Positions 62,191 to 64,000 of a stretch of DNA of 64,000 nt are shown here, in pieces. The notes beneath the pieces are model-generated. The model was given only the letters and a program-made list of their open reading frames with translations. It had not been told where the DNA came from and searched no databases. The stretch is from Omnitrophica bacterium GWA2_41_15 (GTDB taxonomy: Bacteria > Omnitrophota > Gorgyraeia > Gygaellales > UBA12090), in assembly GCA_919902675.1 (NCBI GenBank), contig CAKKRH010000032.1:1270-65269 (forward strand). Reading direction: 5' to 3'. Each line of letters starts with the position of its first letter. Positions within the stretch are counted from its first letter, which is position 1. The translations under genes were made by a program, and so were the position numbers.

Positions 62191-63206
62191 TACAGCCTTC
62201 TTTCCACCGCCTGGGCCACTGCCCTCAAAGAAGGAACCATCTTTCCAAAGCCTTCAGGAGTCAAAGACTGGGCCCCGTCAGAAAGGGCATCTTCGGGATG
62301 GATATGCACCTCAATTATCAAGCCGTCCGAGCCGACGGCAAGGGCGGCCTTAGCCAGAGGTTCAACCAAATCCCTGCGGCCTGAGGCATGCGAAGGGTCA
62401 ATTATTATCGGTAAGTGGCTTAGGGCCTTGACCACCGGCACAGCGCTGATATCTAAGGTATTGCGGGTAGAATCCTCAAAGGTGCGGATACCCCGCTCGC
62501 ACAAAATCACATTCATATTCCCTCCGGCCAGGATATATTCCGCGGACATCAGCCACTCTTTGACCGTTGCCGAAAGCCCGCGCTTTAAAATTACCGGTTT
62601 TTTGGTTAAGCCCACTTCTTTTAGGAGGTTAAAATTTTGCATATTGCGCGCGCCTATCTGCAGGACATCGGCATAGCGAACCACCAGCTCCACATCCCGG
62701 GTATCCATTACCTCAGTTACCGTAGGCAGACCGAATTTATCTCCCGCCTCTTTCAGGTATTTTAACCCTTCTTCGCCTAAGCCTTGAAAATTATAGGGTG
62801 AGGTCCGGGGCTTAAAGGCCCCGCCTCTTAAGGCCTTGGCCCCGTGGGATTTGACTATTTTCGCGGTTTCATAAAGGCTGTTGTAGTTTTCCACAGCGCA
62901 AGGCCCGGCAATAATCACCAGCTCCGTGCCTCCGATTTTGACCCCTTTGCCTAAATCAATAACCGAATTTTCTTTTTTGAATTCCCGGGAAACTAACTTA
63001 TAGGGGGCCAAGACCGGAATTACTTTTTCTACTCCCGGAAAGGCCTCCAGCGGGGTTGAACGCAGGATATCCTCCGGCCCGATTACCCCGATGATAGTGC
63101 GCTCGGTCCCCTTAGACACATGCGGCTTAAGCCCCAGCTTAGTTACCCGCTCAACTATATGCTCAATCTCTTTTTCCGTGGTTTCTGGACGCAGAACTAT
63201 AATCAT
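62190..63206 (-). CDS. aroF: DAHP synthase (type I-beta, with N-terminal ferredoxin-like regulatory domain)
   Basis: 338 aa: ...IIAGPCAVE...LRGGAFKPRTSPY.FQGLG...IIDPSHA.G.R. Confidence 0.88.
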   Translation of the reverse strand: MIIVLRPETTEKEIEHIVERVTKLGLKPHVSKGTERTIIGVIGPEDILRSTPLEAFPGVEKVIPVLAPYKLVSREFKKENSVIDLGKGVKIGGTELVIIAGPCAVENYNSLYETAKIVKSHGAKALRGGAFKPRTSPYNFQGLGEEGLKYLKEAGDKFGLPTVTEVMDTRDVELVVRYADVLQIGARNMQNFNLLKEVGLTKKPVILKRGLSATVKEWLMSAEYILAGGNMNVILCERGIRTFEDSTRNTLDISAVPVVKALSHLPIIIDPSHASGRRDLVEPLAKAALAVGSDGLIIEVHIHPEDALSDGAQSLTPEGFGKMVPSLRAVAQAVERRL

Positions 63207-63325
63207 TTTCCCCTCGCTATATTTTGATCAAATACTAAGTGGTCAAAAACATAAAAATAGAAATAAATCTACTTTCTTCAATCCTTCAACTTCGCTCAGG
63301 ATTAATGGTGAGCGCGGTCGAACCA

Positions 63326-63619
63326 TCAACGAAACTGAACCTCTAAATGGGTCCCAGTAGCTAAAGCTACCTTCTCTAATGTCCGAAGGCTATAGCCCAG
63401 GTAATTGCCTCCCTCTAACCTGGCAACGGTGGCTTGACTGGTGTGAATCTCTTTAGCCAGCTCTTTTTGAGTCAATCCTCGTTTCTGTCTAATCTTGGCA
63501 ATCTTATACCCCAAAGCTAATCTTCGGCCTTCTTCCTCGTATAATTTCTTGAACTCTTTGTCTTTGAGTTCTTTTTTTAAGACATCTTGAAAATCTAAAA
63601 GCTTCTTAGCCATTTTCAA
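63326..63619 (-). CDS. XRE-family HTH antitoxin (HigA-like), second copy
   Basis: 97 aa: GLTQKELAKEIHTSQATVARLE. Its architecture is similar to 16229-16513. Confidence 0.8.
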   Translation of the reverse strand: MKMAKKLLDFQDVLKKELKDKEFKKLYEEEGRRLALGYKIAKIRQKRGLTQKELAKEIHTSQATVARLEGGNYLGYSLRTLEKVALATGTHLEVQFR

Positions 63620-63625
63620 CGCCTC

Positions 63626-63988
63626 CTACATTTCAAATTCACCTTGATGATATCGTAGAATAAAATCCTCCATATTTTTCTTTGCCTGCTCAATTTCCTT
63701 TTCAGGTAATTCTTGCGTCTTCTTCTTAAAAGCATGGAGCAATATAATATTGCCTTGCAGAAAAAAGAAATAAAAAATACGCGCGTTACCCGCTTGGAGA
63801 CTTACCCTTAACTCTCTGATTTTATCTTTTACGGAATCAGCATAAGGCCGCAATAAGTTTGGGCCGTGTTCTTCTAAAAGCGCGACATAGCGCCAAACTT
63901 TTGCCCGGGATTTTTTATCCATCCGTTGAATGAAATCTTTTACCGGATAATCTCCCCTATGCGTGGGATAAAATTTAATTTTATACAT
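63626..63988 (-). CDS. Gp49/HigB-like toxin, second copy
   Basis: 120 aa: EEHGPNLLRPYADSVKDKIRELRV....IFYFFF..NIILLHAFKKKT. About 40-45% identical by eye to 16510-16869. Confidence 0.75.
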   Translation of the reverse strand: MYKIKFYPTHRGDYPVKDFIQRMDKKSRAKVWRYVALLEEHGPNLLRPYADSVKDKIRELRVSLQAGNARIFYFFFLQGNIILLHAFKKKTQELPEKEIEQAKKNMEDFILRYHQGEFEM

Positions 63989-64000
63989 TTATTACTTTCA

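Overview
64-kb chromosomal segment from a diderm-type bacterium (heptose-LPS genes, LepB, SPOR and PG-binding lipoproteins). A PVC/Omnitrophota-like uncultivated lineage is only a weak guess. About 60 genes are present, and all but two lie on the minus strand. Housekeeping blocks: secD-yajC-rpsP; trpE plus hisI-F-A-H-B-D; alaS-recX-htrA-recA; aroB; thiC-thiE; hldC-gmhA-pfkA; accC-accB-efp-pepP-aroQ; rpsU; plsY-pgsA-lepB-lepA-cmk-tyrA-aroF. Signalling blocks: a GAF-GGDEF cyclase, a GAF-HD-GYP phosphodiesterase, a 1146-aa hybrid kinase with a degenerate GGDEF insert, and a chemosensory cluster. That cluster holds a ParA-like ATPase, a transmembrane-less 1322-aa MCP with ten tandem 92-aa double-HAMP units, and cheW-Y-B-A-C-D, with no cheR in the window. 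Accessory content: two paralogous Gp49/HigB-like + XRE toxin-antitoxin pairs. One pair sits in a 2.15-kb island bounded by perfect 54-bp direct repeats that duplicate the aroB 3' end. The most unusual feature is a pervasive repeat grammar. Nearly every intergenic gap carries a hairpin or tandem array built from short (mostly 7-nt) words, and the same words occur in frame inside intact genes (hisF, hisB, alaS, thiE-N, kinase, cheA, cheW). Several longer multi-copy hairpin elements (158 bp, about 105 bp, about 60 bp) also occur. All calls come from reading the sequence and ORF translations. No database search was run.
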